A stretch of 64,000 bases of DNA from Bacteroidales bacterium (GTDB lineage Bacteria > Bacteroidota > Bacteroidia > Bacteroidales > UBA10428), in NCBI GenBank assembly GCA_016931575.1, contig JAFGEO010000118.1:15457-79456 (forward strand). Reading direction: 5' to 3'. The position numbers and the translations under genes were made by a program. Below the pieces are notes generated by a model that saw nothing but the letters and a program-made list of their open reading frames with translations, was not told the origin of the DNA and searched no databases. This document shows, piece after piece, positions 1 through 9,085 of the stretch; position 1 is the first letter of the stretch; each line of letters starts with the position of its first letter.

Positions 1-295
1 GTAAACCTCCGACTTTATATTTTTTAATAAGTGCTTCAACACGTTTTATTTCAGCTTCGCCCTGTTCGGGGTAAACCGCTACCATCATCAGCTGTCCGAT
101 CCGCTCATTCAGGTCGAGTTGACGGTACACCGAATCGGCCCAGGCACTTGAATCCCTGAGAAAGGGAGGAGGAGAGGGTTTAATGATCATCTCATTGCCC
201 CCGGAAGGCTCCGGCTCAACTGCGAACTGAAAAAATATTCCTGTTAGTAAAAGTATCCCAAGGATTATTAACCCTCTTTGAAAGTTTCCCCACAT
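1..295 (-). CDS. Glycoside hydrolase family 3-like protein, N-terminal fragment (gene runs off the window start)
   Basis: My own minus-strand translation from the ATG (complement of 293-295) gives MWGNFQRGLIILGILLLTGIFF...WADSVYRQLDLNERIGQLMMVAVYPEQGEAEIKRVEALIKKYKVGGL. It has a hydrophobic N-terminus followed by the (E)(K/R)IGQLxMVA opening typical of GH3 N-terminal domains. It is missing from the supplied ORF track because it is truncated. Confidence 0.55.
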   Translation of the reverse strand, partial: MWGNFQRGLIILGILLLTGIFFQFAVEPEPSGGNEMIIKPSPPPFLRDSSAWADSVYRQLDLNERIGQLMMVAVYPEQGEAEIKRVEALIKKYKVGGL

Positions 296-456
296 AATTT
301 CCTTAATGCAATTCCACGCTAATAATATTCTTTGATACCTAAATTAAGACCTTCAGGTTTCAAAATCAGACAGGAAATAATCGATTTATTAACAATTACT
401 TAATTATTAGGGGATAAACGGGGGATTTGCGTAAAAGGGAAGCGGGTTACAGGAAA

Positions 457-666
457 TTAATTCCACCAGGCACCCTTTTGCTGGAAGAGCCTGATGAAAT
501 TCTCAATGCTTCTGTCACCGGTCCGTTCAGCATCGGGAGGAAAATAACAGGCAGGTAATTCGCCGGCTCTTCGGTGGTAGCTGAGACAGTCACAACAGGC
601 ACCTTTCTTACTGCATGAAAAAGTGCAGGTGCAAAAGTGTTTGTTTGAGTCTTTTTTACAGTCCAT
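457..666 (-). CDS. Small Cys-rich protein (DUF6485-like)
   Basis: 69-aa ORF with an ATG start. It carries clustered Cys residues (C3, CTCTFSC, CCDC, C). It sits 9 nt downstream of the peptidase gene on the same strand. Confidence 0.5.
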   Translation of the reverse strand: MDCKKDSNKHFCTCTFSCSKKGACCDCLSYHRRAGELPACYFPPDAERTGDRSIENFIRLFQQKGAWWN

Positions 667-675
667 GCAGAAAGA

Positions 676-1881
676 TTAAAGGTCCAGTTTTTTCAGGATG
701 GGAGCAGGGATCGCCTCCTTGTTAACCATAATCGAAATGGTTTTAAACCGGAAATAAGGTTTGGAAACAAAAAGGTAGCCGTTGTAGGGATTATCGATTC
801 CCCAGGAGTTTTTCACATAGTAGAAATAGCGGTCATTACGGTCCCTGGCAATTCCAACAATGTGCATCCCGTGGTCATCGGTTGTACTCCGGTTATCAAA
901 TGCGTTCTGGCGGATTTCCGGTGAAACTTCAAGCTCCTTAACGGGATTGGACAAACTGAAGATTTCTTCTTTCTTCTCGCTCTCTGTTTTTTTATTCCAT
1001 TTACGGCTTTCTTTTCGGGAATCCTCAGAATAGGCGATCTCGGGAGCCAAAGCGAAACCCTCTTTAAAATTGAATCCTTCCTCCGAGACATCGGCTGCCC
1101 AGCATACAGAGTAACCCTTCATGATCGCTGAATCAACGATTTCATCCATCATGTCCAGGGGAACATTATAACTTTCAGCCCAGGACCAATTATCCGGGAT
1201 CTCAAGAATGACAGGTTTATAGTAGGGTTCATGCATGAAGCTGGTGATCATGATGTAATTTTCCGGTTCGATTCCCAAGTCGGATGCGAAACTTTTCGGG
1301 GAGTATGTTATTCCATTGAAATCAAACTCCATAGGGACTTCCCCGAGATAGGAATCAAGGACCTTGCTGAAACCTTCTTTCCAAACGGGGCTTAGTTCTT
1401 TTGTACTCTCAGAAACCAGGGTTTCCACATAATTATTCAGAAGGCGGTCCATTTCTTCGTGTTTATGGTTCTCCTGGTCTGGTTTGAGGCCGGTATAGAT
1501 CTCCTCAGGAACAATGCCGAATTCACTGAAGACGTCGGTCACATCATTAACTTCGCCACCGGGAGCAAAATTGGCTTTTCCGTGCATACGGACATAACGT
1601 TCAGCTTTTTTTTCGTAATTCTGCCGTACGATGTACATTTCTGATAAATTGTATTCTCCCTTATCCAGACGCATCAGTTCAGATTCAAGCATGGAAATGC
1701 CACTAAAACTCCAGCAGGTACTGGTTCTGTACTGGTCTTTAATTTCAGTGGCGGGGATTTTTTTAACAAAAACAATTTTGGTGGAAGTTTCACCATCGCC
1801 AGGAGTGATCTGGTCGTTATCATTTCCTGCCAGACCAGGATATGAAATGCAAAGGAGAAAAAGAAAAATTAGTTTATTCAT
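676..1881 (-). CDS. pepC: C1-family cysteine aminopeptidase (aminopeptidase C / bleomycin hydrolase-like), with signal peptide
   Basis: The QYRTSTCWSFSG active-site Cys context, a papain-like C-terminal HIVGIA...NSWG region, and an N-terminal signal sequence MNKLIFLFLLCISYPGLA. Confidence 0.8.
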   Translation of the reverse strand: MNKLIFLFLLCISYPGLAGNDNDQITPGDGETSTKIVFVKKIPATEIKDQYRTSTCWSFSGISMLESELMRLDKGEYNLSEMYIVRQNYEKKAERYVRMHGKANFAPGGEVNDVTDVFSEFGIVPEEIYTGLKPDQENHKHEEMDRLLNNYVETLVSESTKELSPVWKEGFSKVLDSYLGEVPMEFDFNGITYSPKSFASDLGIEPENYIMITSFMHEPYYKPVILEIPDNWSWAESYNVPLDMMDEIVDSAIMKGYSVCWAADVSEEGFNFKEGFALAPEIAYSEDSRKESRKWNKKTESEKKEEIFSLSNPVKELEVSPEIRQNAFDNRSTTDDHGMHIVGIARDRNDRYFYYVKNSWGIDNPYNGYLFVSKPYFRFKTISIMVNKEAIPAPILKKLDL

Positions 1882-1987
1882 AGGAAAACCAGGGCCAATT
1901 ATTTCTCAGAGTACAAAGAAAATGAATATATTTTAATTAAGAATAACAGAATGTATAACTTTTTGTCCTATTCATCTTATCTGTTAG

Positions 1988-3910
1988 CTAAGGAAGAATT
2001 TTAAGTTCCGTACGTCGGTTATTTGCACGTCCTTCTTGGGTGTTATTCGTATCCACCGGTTTGGAAAAACCGTAACCCTTATAGCTAAGCCTGTCAGATG
2101 CTATACCTTTAACTGTAAGGTATTCAATAACAGCTTTTGCCCGGTTTTCAGATAATGTAAGGTTATGCTCCATGGTTCCTGTATTGTCGGTATGCCCGCT
2201 GATTTCTATGTGCAGGTCAGGATTCTTCTCAAGAAAACTTACCACTTTATTGAGCTCATGCTGCGATTCCGTTTTCAGGGCATAGGAATCCACTTCATAG
2301 AAGATATTTTTCAGGATAATGGTAACACCTTCCTTGATCGGTTTTAGCGGAATGTCCTTAAGGAAAGGCTGATCGAGGTGGTATACCCCTTTAAGTGCGA
2401 AGTTATCGGAATAGAACAGGTACCCGTTTTTTTGCACATTGAGCATGTAATCCTCATTCGTTGGGATGCACAGAAGGAATTCACCGCTTCGTTCGTTCGA
2501 ATAGGAGCGGTTGACAAGTTCCCCGGTTTCCAGGTTATACAGCTCAAATTCTGCTTTAAGGCGCCTAAGACTCTCCTCATCGAAAACTTTACCTTTCAGG
2601 TACGATACTTCCCGGGGCCTTGCTTCTTCGTAGAGGGTAAACTGGTAAATGTCCAATCCCTGATTCTTGTTTCTGCCCGAAGCATAGTAGGCCACATCTC
2701 CTTTGGCATTTACGATCAGTCCAAATTCATCTCCAGGAGTGTTAATCGGGTATCCCAGATTTTGAATATCAAGAAACCTTCCTTCCTGGTTCATCCTGCT
2801 GATGAACAGGTCGAATCCGCCCATGCCCACATGCGTATCGGATGAAAAATATAATGTCTTGTTATCCTGGTGGATAAAAGGGGATTGTTCATCTCCGGGG
2901 GTGTTGATGCTGTCTCCCAGGTTTACGGGCTCTGACCAGCTGCCGTCATCGTTCCGGCGGCATACCCAAATATCAAGCTTTCCGATCGTTCCCCGCCGGT
3001 CACTCGCAAAATACAAAGTTCTTCCATCAGCACTCAGGCTGGGTTGTTTTTCCCGGAGGGTCGTATTTATTGGTTCTCCCATATTTTGAGGGTTTGACCA
3101 CTTGCCGTCAACCAACTCGGTAAAGAAAAGATCGCACCTGCCAATAACTTCCCCGGGACGGTTGCATACTGTGTATACCATGAGCGTTCCGTCTGCACTT
3201 ATGGTTTGCGCACCTTCATTGTCAGGGGTATTTAACGGGGAACCGACACTTTGCATCTTATCCCACCCAGCTGAATCAAGTCGGCTGAAGTAGAAATCTT
3301 CCTGAACCCCCGATCCCATCGCTACATTGTAGTAGCCTACACGTCTGGTAATAACCAGCATCTGTTCATCGGCGGATAGGGAGGGCCAGTATTCATCCAT
3401 GGTAGTGTTTACATTCGGGCCGAGTGGATGGGGTTCGAATTCAACTGGATTTTTAATTGCCTGTACACCAAATCTGGCAGTTTTCAATGACTTCCTGGCC
3501 ATTGACATCCCCTCGGCATTTTCCGGAGCCAGCTTCATATAGGTTTGAAGGCTGCCTACTGCATCCTCATAGGCAGACATCCTGTTTTGAAGCCTGCCCA
3601 GGTTTAAATACCCGCGTGGATAAAACGAAGGATCCAGGCCCAGTCCCATTTTATAGTAAGCGATGGCTTCATTGAAGCGTTGCTGGTCCCAGTAAACTTC
3701 TGCCAAAACCAGGTAGGGCTCCTGGAAACTACTGTCTATATTGATCGCCTCCTTCAGGTATTCCTCGGCATGAAGAAAGTCCTCCCTTCCGTAATGGGTG
3801 CGCCCCAGTTGGTAAAACTTTATGGCCCGTTGGGATTCGGTTCTGTAATCCGTCTGGGCTTCCAGATGAACAGCAGAGAGAAGTAGGATAAAAAGCAGAA
3901 AAAAACGCAT
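1988..3910 (-). CDS. OmpA-family outer-membrane/peptidoglycan-associated protein with TPR and TolB-like beta-propeller repeats
   Basis: Signal peptide, N-terminal TPR-like repeats, repeated E(Y/Q)xPxxSADG(R/T)xLYFxS motifs, and a C-terminal OmpA domain (ISGHTDNTG...NRAKAV...NRRTELKI). Confidence 0.85.
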   Translation of the reverse strand: MRFFLLFILLLSAVHLEAQTDYRTESQRAIKFYQLGRTHYGREDFLHAEEYLKEAINIDSSFQEPYLVLAEVYWDQQRFNEAIAYYKMGLGLDPSFYPRGYLNLGRLQNRMSAYEDAVGSLQTYMKLAPENAEGMSMARKSLKTARFGVQAIKNPVEFEPHPLGPNVNTTMDEYWPSLSADEQMLVITRRVGYYNVAMGSGVQEDFYFSRLDSAGWDKMQSVGSPLNTPDNEGAQTISADGTLMVYTVCNRPGEVIGRCDLFFTELVDGKWSNPQNMGEPINTTLREKQPSLSADGRTLYFASDRRGTIGKLDIWVCRRNDDGSWSEPVNLGDSINTPGDEQSPFIHQDNKTLYFSSDTHVGMGGFDLFISRMNQEGRFLDIQNLGYPINTPGDEFGLIVNAKGDVAYYASGRNKNQGLDIYQFTLYEEARPREVSYLKGKVFDEESLRRLKAEFELYNLETGELVNRSYSNERSGEFLLCIPTNEDYMLNVQKNGYLFYSDNFALKGVYHLDQPFLKDIPLKPIKEGVTIILKNIFYEVDSYALKTESQHELNKVVSFLEKNPDLHIEISGHTDNTGTMEHNLTLSENRAKAVIEYLTVKGIASDRLSYKGYGFSKPVDTNNTQEGRANNRRTELKILP

Positions 3911-3972
3911 TGTACCGGAATTTTAAGTTAAAGTACTAAAAAATGTCCAGTTTGGTCTGCCTCCTGCATAAT

Positions 3973-4857
3973 CTATTCTTCTGAAAAGCTAAAGAATCCC
4001 TGTGTTTCGAATGAATTCTCAGCACTCAGATAGACGGTGCTGTTTTGTAGGGTGACTCCCTCAATCTGAAGGCCGAAGTGATCAAGAAAGTCGGTTCTGG
4101 TTTTGGGAAGGTCATATAAATTCAGATCCCAGGCATTCTCAAAATGTATCAGGTAGGGGACATATTGCTTGTAGCCACACAGGACCAGTTCGTTTGTTTC
4201 GGTGTTATAATCGGCCCCGGTGATCAAGCCGTCAGAGTCAAATGTTGCAATAAGCTTTGCTGCATAACTTCCGGGAGTGACAGGAACCTGATACAGGTTT
4301 GTTGTAGTATTAAGCCAGTTTTTGGTAAAGAAATAGAGTGAATCGCCTTTAACAAAGAGCGATTCGCAATCGTAAGCGCTGCCACTGGGGTACTCCGTAA
4401 AATCCGTCTGGTCTTCGTAGTAGTAGCTGATTTTCGCAACCTCAGCCGCCTCCTGATTATTCTGATGCAGCCAGTCTTTGTCTAGTACATAGATGCATAG
4501 GTCCGTTCTTGTTCCGTACCTGTTTCCAAAATCCCCGATATAAACATGCTCATCATCCTGAGCAATATCTTCCCAGTCATTATTGGTGGCATCTACCAGG
4601 ATTCGTCGTGTTATCTCTCCTGTGTTAAGGTCCAGGCCATAAAGGGTCAGGTCGTCATTGTCATTGAATGTCCAAAGGAGTGAATCATAAATAATGATGC
4701 CGGAAGTTTCGTCAATTTCGTTCGGCAGATTATAGATTTTTGTCAGTTTTACCTCCTTATCCTCATTTCCGTTAATTGGGTTCTCACACCCTGCCATGAT
4801 CGGTAAAACCAGAGCTATAAGCATCATCCCCTGCACCATTTTCATCCTGTTAATCAT
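3973..4857 (-). CDS. Lipoprotein, probable beta-propeller fold (phytase-like/SdiA-regulated-like), function unknown
   Basis: Lipobox LPIMAGC. Motifs ETSGI, WEDIA and IGDFGN. Its start overlaps the stop of the upstream alkaline phosphatase gene by 8 nt. Confidence 0.55.
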   Translation of the reverse strand: MINRMKMVQGMMLIALVLPIMAGCENPINGNEDKEVKLTKIYNLPNEIDETSGIIIYDSLLWTFNDNDDLTLYGLDLNTGEITRRILVDATNNDWEDIAQDDEHVYIGDFGNRYGTRTDLCIYVLDKDWLHQNNQEAAEVAKISYYYEDQTDFTEYPSGSAYDCESLFVKGDSLYFFTKNWLNTTTNLYQVPVTPGSYAAKLIATFDSDGLITGADYNTETNELVLCGYKQYVPYLIHFENAWDLNLYDLPKTRTDFLDHFGLQIEGVTLQNSTVYLSAENSFETQGFFSFSEE

Positions 4858-5929
4858 TAATTTTCAGCAAGTCCACGATTTTTTGAAAGATCTCGGTATT
4901 ATGATATATTCCTGCAAATTTCTCTGCTCCGGTACCATAGGCAAATACGGGGACCATTATCCCGGTATGCCCGGTATCGTTGAATTTGACTTCTAAGGCT
5001 CCTGATTCAATGTCGCCATCAGTGATGGAAAGACCTCCGGTTTCGTGATCAGCGGTAACGACCACCAGGGTGCCTGGATGCGTATCCGCGAAATCGAAAG
5101 CTGCACCGACTGCCTTGTCAAAATCCAGGGTTTCCTCAAGCACAAAATCAATATCGTTGGAATGCCCGCCCCAATCGATTTGCGAACCCTCAATCATCAA
5201 AAAGAAACCCTTTTTGTTCTGTGCGAGTTTTTTCATTGCTAACCCTGAGGCAAGCGGGAGGTAATCCCCTCTTCCTTCCGAAAAACGGGGTAAATAAAAA
5301 TCTGATACCAGACAGCCGATGTTATTTGGAGAGGTCGGTTCGATATCATCCAGGCTATAGACAATGTCATAGGATTTGGAGCGCAGGGAATCAGAGATGT
5401 TATAGGCTGCTGAATCTTCAAAATAGGCCCGGCCGCCACCTATGAAGATATCAATGCCTGAGTTCGTGAAATGCTCAGCAATTTCATTGTACATATACCG
5501 GTCCGGGACATGAGCGATGAAAGCGGCAGGTGTTGCATGGATCATTTCGCTCGTAACAACAAGCCCCGTTGATAAACCCTGCTTTTCTGCAAGCTCAAGG
5601 ATGGTGGGAGTGGCTTGCCCAGAGGCATCGATACCGATGAAATTATTCATGGTTTTTTTTCCGGTGGAAAGCGCTGTTCCTCCCGCCCCGGAATCAGTTT
5701 CATATTTATTTTGAGATTGTGTCTTGGAAAGTCCAACGAACATGGCCCTTTCCATATTCAGCGTTCCGTGATTAGCGGTATATGCTGCATGAACCTGTGC
5801 AAGTCCCATGCCGTCACCGATCATCAGGATAACATTGCTTGTTTTAGCTTGGGTGGGGGCTTCCTGTTTTTGGCTTTCATGGCAGGCAGTATAAAGAAAA
5901 AGCGTGGCAAATAAAACTAAGGATCTCAT
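4850..5929 (-). CDS. phoA: Alkaline phosphatase (PhoA family), lipoprotein
   Basis: Motifs GDGMG and TDSGAGGTALSTGKKT (catalytic Ser region), plus DWGGHSND and ADHETGG metal-site motifs. I place the start at the ATG at 5927-5929 (MRSLVLFATLFLYTAC lipobox), not at the track's 6163. The 6163 start would overlap the neighbouring gene and adds no signal peptide. Confidence 0.85.
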   Translation of the reverse strand: MRSLVLFATLFLYTACHESQKQEAPTQAKTSNVILMIGDGMGLAQVHAAYTANHGTLNMERAMFVGLSKTQSQNKYETDSGAGGTALSTGKKTMNNFIGIDASGQATPTILELAEKQGLSTGLVVTSEMIHATPAAFIAHVPDRYMYNEIAEHFTNSGIDIFIGGGRAYFEDSAAYNISDSLRSKSYDIVYSLDDIEPTSPNNIGCLVSDFYLPRFSEGRGDYLPLASGLAMKKLAQNKKGFFLMIEGSQIDWGGHSNDIDFVLEETLDFDKAVGAAFDFADTHPGTLVVVTADHETGGLSITDGDIESGALEVKFNDTGHTGIMVPVFAYGTGAEKFAGIYHNTEIFQKIVDLLKIND

Positions 5930-5951
5930 GTCCGAAAAATTAGGTATATAG

Positions 5952-6455
5952 TTAGTGGAAGACAAATTTAACCTTTCCACCTGAGATAAAACATTTTTTA
6001 AAGTAGGAATTTGTGAGGGAGTCGATTCGAACCTCCTTGTTGATTCCTGGTGAATGAATAAATTTCCCCTCCCCGATATAAATTCCCACATGCGAAACAG
6101 TCTTGCCATTTGGTGCGAAAAATACCAGGTCACCCTTATCAAGACCACTTGAAGGGGAAACACCGAATTGCTTATATTGTTCCTGGGAGGAAGGTGGCAG
6201 GTTTATCGAGAAATGAGCATAAACTGATTTCGTGTATCCCGAGCAATCGAGTTTTCTTCCTTCAGACTCGAATTCTTTTCCTGCTGAATAGTTCAAAGCG
6301 TAACCCGCGATATCCTTGCCGGAATGACTTTTTGATCCTTCCGGTGGGTTTGAATAGCCAATAATCAGGCTGGCCAGGAAAAGGGTAGCCAGAAAGACTG
6401 CAATTCCTGTAATGGCATAAAGTTCTGCTTTTCTTCGGATACCGGAAGAAATCAT
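5952..6455 (-). CDS. NlpC/P60 (C40) family cell-wall peptidase, membrane-anchored
   Basis: Motifs LDCSGYTKSVY (catalytic Cys) and HVGIYIGEGKFIHSP (catalytic His), with an N-terminal TM helix. Confidence 0.8.
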   Translation of the reverse strand: MISSGIRRKAELYAITGIAVFLATLFLASLIIGYSNPPEGSKSHSGKDIAGYALNYSAGKEFESEGRKLDCSGYTKSVYAHFSINLPPSSQEQYKQFGVSPSSGLDKGDLVFFAPNGKTVSHVGIYIGEGKFIHSPGINKEVRIDSLTNSYFKKCFISGGKVKFVFH

Positions 6456-6549
6456 ACGCTAAAGCTTTTTAGAAAGAACGGCTGTGTTCCATAACTATTG
6501 TCAGTATTTTTTCATTTGGGCACGACACTTCCTTCGCAGCATCCTGCGC

Positions 6550-8445
6550 TTAGTATTTCATGATCTGATGGACCTCCCGAGTCGACTCCCGGGTGATGGC
6601 AAGAAGGTATAAGCCCATTTTCAGATTGCTGGTGTTAAAACTGGTAAAGGCAGCTATTCCTTCCATTTCATCAATGAGTACGCCATGGTTGGTGAATAAT
6701 TTCGCATGGAAGGGTAAGCCGATCTGATAATTTTCGATAATGAATTCATCCTGCAGCGGATTTGGAAAAACCGCAAAATTTGCCGTTGAATCTTCCTGGA
6801 ATACACGGGTAATAGAATTGAAGATGGCCAGCATCCATTTTTCAGGGTCAGGCGTAATCTGATAAACCCTATGTCTGATGGGGATTCTGATCTCTGCCTT
6901 GTTAGAAGCAGGATTTACCCTGATCAGGGTATCGCCCCCAAAGAAGTTTAGTTGAAGGTCGAAGGTAATATCAAAGAAGGGGGTTGATTCCGGAGCGGTT
7001 GGAAACTGTTCAATAGTCAGGGCAAGAGTGTCACCTTTTTGGGACCATAGAATATCCAGATTTGGGTATCCTTCACCATAATACCATTGAGCGAAGAATG
7101 CTGAAAAATCCATTCCGGTGGTGTTTTCAACACTTATTCTGAAATCCTCTGCCGTAGCAACCTTCCCGGCATACTCAGTCAGGTAGTTCCTCAGCGCCTC
7201 GAAAAATAACGTGTCATCAGCAATTTCATAACGAAGCATATGCAGGAGGTAGGCTCCTTTTTCATAGCTGAGCCGGTGGTCGAAAATCCGGGAGTCGCTG
7301 TTGATTTCTGATTCGGGAACATAAACAGATCCTGCCGGCCTGGAGGTGATGAGCATGAGGGATTCGGTCAACCAACTGACATATTCGGGTTTGGATCTGA
7401 GGAATTCAATGGCGATAAGTTCAAAATAGCTGGCAAATCCCTCATTGATCCAGATATCCTGCCAGCTTGAGCAGGTAACATGGTCTCCAAACCATTGGTG
7501 GGCCAGCTCATGTGATACCAGATTGAACCGGAAATCAGACAAAGTCGTCATAGTCTGATGTTCCATGCCTCCCTGAATGGGTGCAAGGCAGTGTCCGTAT
7601 TTCTCTTTACGGAATGGGTAGGGGCCGAGCAGGTTTGAGAAGAGCGTGATCAAATCGCCTGTGGCATCTATATCGGTCCGGTTTCTTTCCAGGTAAGCAC
7701 TGTCATTGTAAATGTAGTTTTGAACCAGCACTGAATCTCCTTCCCCTGTCGGTGCATAAAAACTGTACTCCATATATTCGGCTACGGCGAACGAAAAAAG
7801 ATAATAGGCAGTGGGGTAAGCAGTCATCCATTCATAGCGCAGCTTATTTGAGTCCAGTCTTACGATATCCTGGAGCTTCCCGTTCGACCCGACCCTGAAG
7901 TTATCACTGCAGGTAAAGTGCAGCCTTGCAGAGTCAATTTTATCCTCCAGAACCTGCTTGCAGGGAAACCAGTTTTTGGAATAAAAAGGCTCAGAGAGCG
8001 TCCAGGTTACTGATCTGCCTTCAGAATCGGAGTAGTTGGAAATTCCTTCGTTGATGTCAAAGTTCCTGCCGTGGGCGGCATAGAAAAAATTCACACGGGC
8101 AGAATCATCAATGCCAAATGCCTGCTCAAGGGGAATTTTTACCAGATCCCCGGAATGCACAAAAACAGTTGGTTCATCATTTAGCCAGATGGAATCAACT
8201 GTTGCCTGGTCGGTAAGCTCCAGCACAAGTGTGTCGGGATTTTCTGAAATGAAATTTACATGCACCTCAACATTCCCTCTTATGTCAGAATTAGCAGGAC
8301 TTACTTCCAGGTTGAAGAAATAGTAATTTATATCGAAGTGATCCATCCGGGCATCCGCTGTTTGTGCGTGCAGGTAAGGGTTGGAACAGATACACTGAAA
8401 GAATACCCCTAAAAGAGCAATACGCATGTATTTTTCAACCATCAT
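6550..8445 (-). CDS. M1-family zinc aminopeptidase with T9SS C-terminal sorting domain
   Basis: Motifs HELAHQWFGD...WINEGFASY (HExxH+E) and GGMEHQT (GxMEN-like). The C-terminal segment FAVFPNPLQDEFIIEN... is typical of a T9SS CTD. An alternative start at 8427 gives the signal peptide MRIALLGVFF... Confidence 0.9.
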   Translation of the reverse strand: MMVEKYMRIALLGVFFQCICSNPYLHAQTADARMDHFDINYYFFNLEVSPANSDIRGNVEVHVNFISENPDTLVLELTDQATVDSIWLNDEPTVFVHSGDLVKIPLEQAFGIDDSARVNFFYAAHGRNFDINEGISNYSDSEGRSVTWTLSEPFYSKNWFPCKQVLEDKIDSARLHFTCSDNFRVGSNGKLQDIVRLDSNKLRYEWMTAYPTAYYLFSFAVAEYMEYSFYAPTGEGDSVLVQNYIYNDSAYLERNRTDIDATGDLITLFSNLLGPYPFRKEKYGHCLAPIQGGMEHQTMTTLSDFRFNLVSHELAHQWFGDHVTCSSWQDIWINEGFASYFELIAIEFLRSKPEYVSWLTESLMLITSRPAGSVYVPESEINSDSRIFDHRLSYEKGAYLLHMLRYEIADDTLFFEALRNYLTEYAGKVATAEDFRISVENTTGMDFSAFFAQWYYGEGYPNLDILWSQKGDTLALTIEQFPTAPESTPFFDITFDLQLNFFGGDTLIRVNPASNKAEIRIPIRHRVYQITPDPEKWMLAIFNSITRVFQEDSTANFAVFPNPLQDEFIIENYQIGLPFHAKLFTNHGVLIDEMEGIAAFTSFNTSNLKMGLYLLAITRESTREVHQIMKY

Positions 8446-8532
8446 GGTCTCTGTTTTGAAAGGATAACAAGTATAGGAAATAAATTCCTATTGACGGATA
8501 TTTTTTGTGACTGACAAGGCAATTCCTTCAAC

Positions 8533-8561
8533 AAAAAAAAGGTCCCGTCCGGGACCTTTTT
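8533..8561 (-). terminator. Intrinsic terminator hairpin (GGTCCCG-TC-CGGGACC) flanked by A8/T5; T8 on the minus strand
   Basis: Perfect GC-rich stem at 8541-8556. The minus strand reads hairpin + TTTTTTTT. No plus-strand gene lies upstream. Confidence 0.6.
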
Positions 8562-8592
8562 CACCTAAAACTAATAAACCCTATCAAATATT
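8533..8592 (-). ncRNA. Candidate small RNA / terminator module, copy 1 (5' end uncertain)
   Basis: The minus strand reads ...GGTTAATATTTGATAGGGTTTATTAGTTTTAGGTGAAAAA-hairpin-T8. Its 3' portion is homologous to copy 2, which lies 245 bp away. Confidence 0.35.
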
Positions 8593-8772
8593 AACCTACA
8601 GCTGAAATAATGCAACAATAAAAAACGCTAAACTCAATTTTTAGTATGAAAAGATTCATTGCTATCTTTCAGGAGTAAAGTTAAAACGCTTATGTAAAAA
8701 AAAGGTAAAATGACCAGTGATATCCCCCACTTTTTAGTGATGATTCATCTCATTGTATTCGAAAAAACGCAT

Positions 8773-8806
8773 AAAAAAAATCCTGACAAGGCTGCCAGGA
8801 TTTTTT
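8773..8806 (-). terminator. Intrinsic terminator hairpin (TCCTG...CAGGA, extendable by flanking A/T) with T8 on the minus strand
   Basis: Stem 8781-8785 pairs with 8796-8800, flanked by A8 (8773-8780) and T6 (8801-8806). Confidence 0.55.
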
Positions 8807-8895
8807 CACCTAAAACTAAACACTCCTCTGAAAAATCATCTTCACAATTAACCCTAAATCTAACTAAACCCAACTATAAAAATTGCACTGCTTTC
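8773..8895 (-). ncRNA. Candidate small RNA, copy 2 (about 120 nt) with its own TAaaTTTG -7 box
   Basis: On the minus strand, TAAATTTG (complement of 8901-8908) is a perfect Bacteroidota -7 box. It is followed by a G/T-rich stretch with no credible ORF, ending in GTTTAGTTTTAGGTGAAAAA-hairpin-T8. Confidence 0.4.
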
Positions 8896-9085
8896 TTTTT
8901 CAAATTTACGTCATAAATTATTGATTGTTATAAAAATACTGATGACTTACCTTACAATAATTTGATGATATAAATCATAATGCTTTAAAAGTACTTTGAA
9001 ATATACGATCATAAAAAAAAAAGGTTTGCGATTTATTAACATAATTGGACTCCTTTGAATTATTTTTACGGGATCAGCAGATTCT

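Noticed and set aside
6024-6033. The minus strand reads GGTTCGAATC, the canonical tRNA T-loop motif
   Set aside because: The flanking bases do not form a T-stem or acceptor stem. The site lies inside the well-supported NlpC/P60 coding sequence.
5930-6163. N-terminal extension of about 78 aa on the alkaline phosphatase ORF in the supplied track (4850-6163)
   Set aside because: The extension overlaps the NlpC/P60 gene in another frame and has no signal peptide. The internal ATG at 5929 yields a classic lipoprotein signal (MRSLVLFATLFLYTAC).
8710-8916. 68-aa plus-strand ORF in the 8.4-9.1 kb intergenic region
   Set aside because: It is low-complexity and Lys/Ser-rich. It runs straight through the hairpin/T-run at 8773-8806, and I recognise no family. 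The region is better explained as non-coding.
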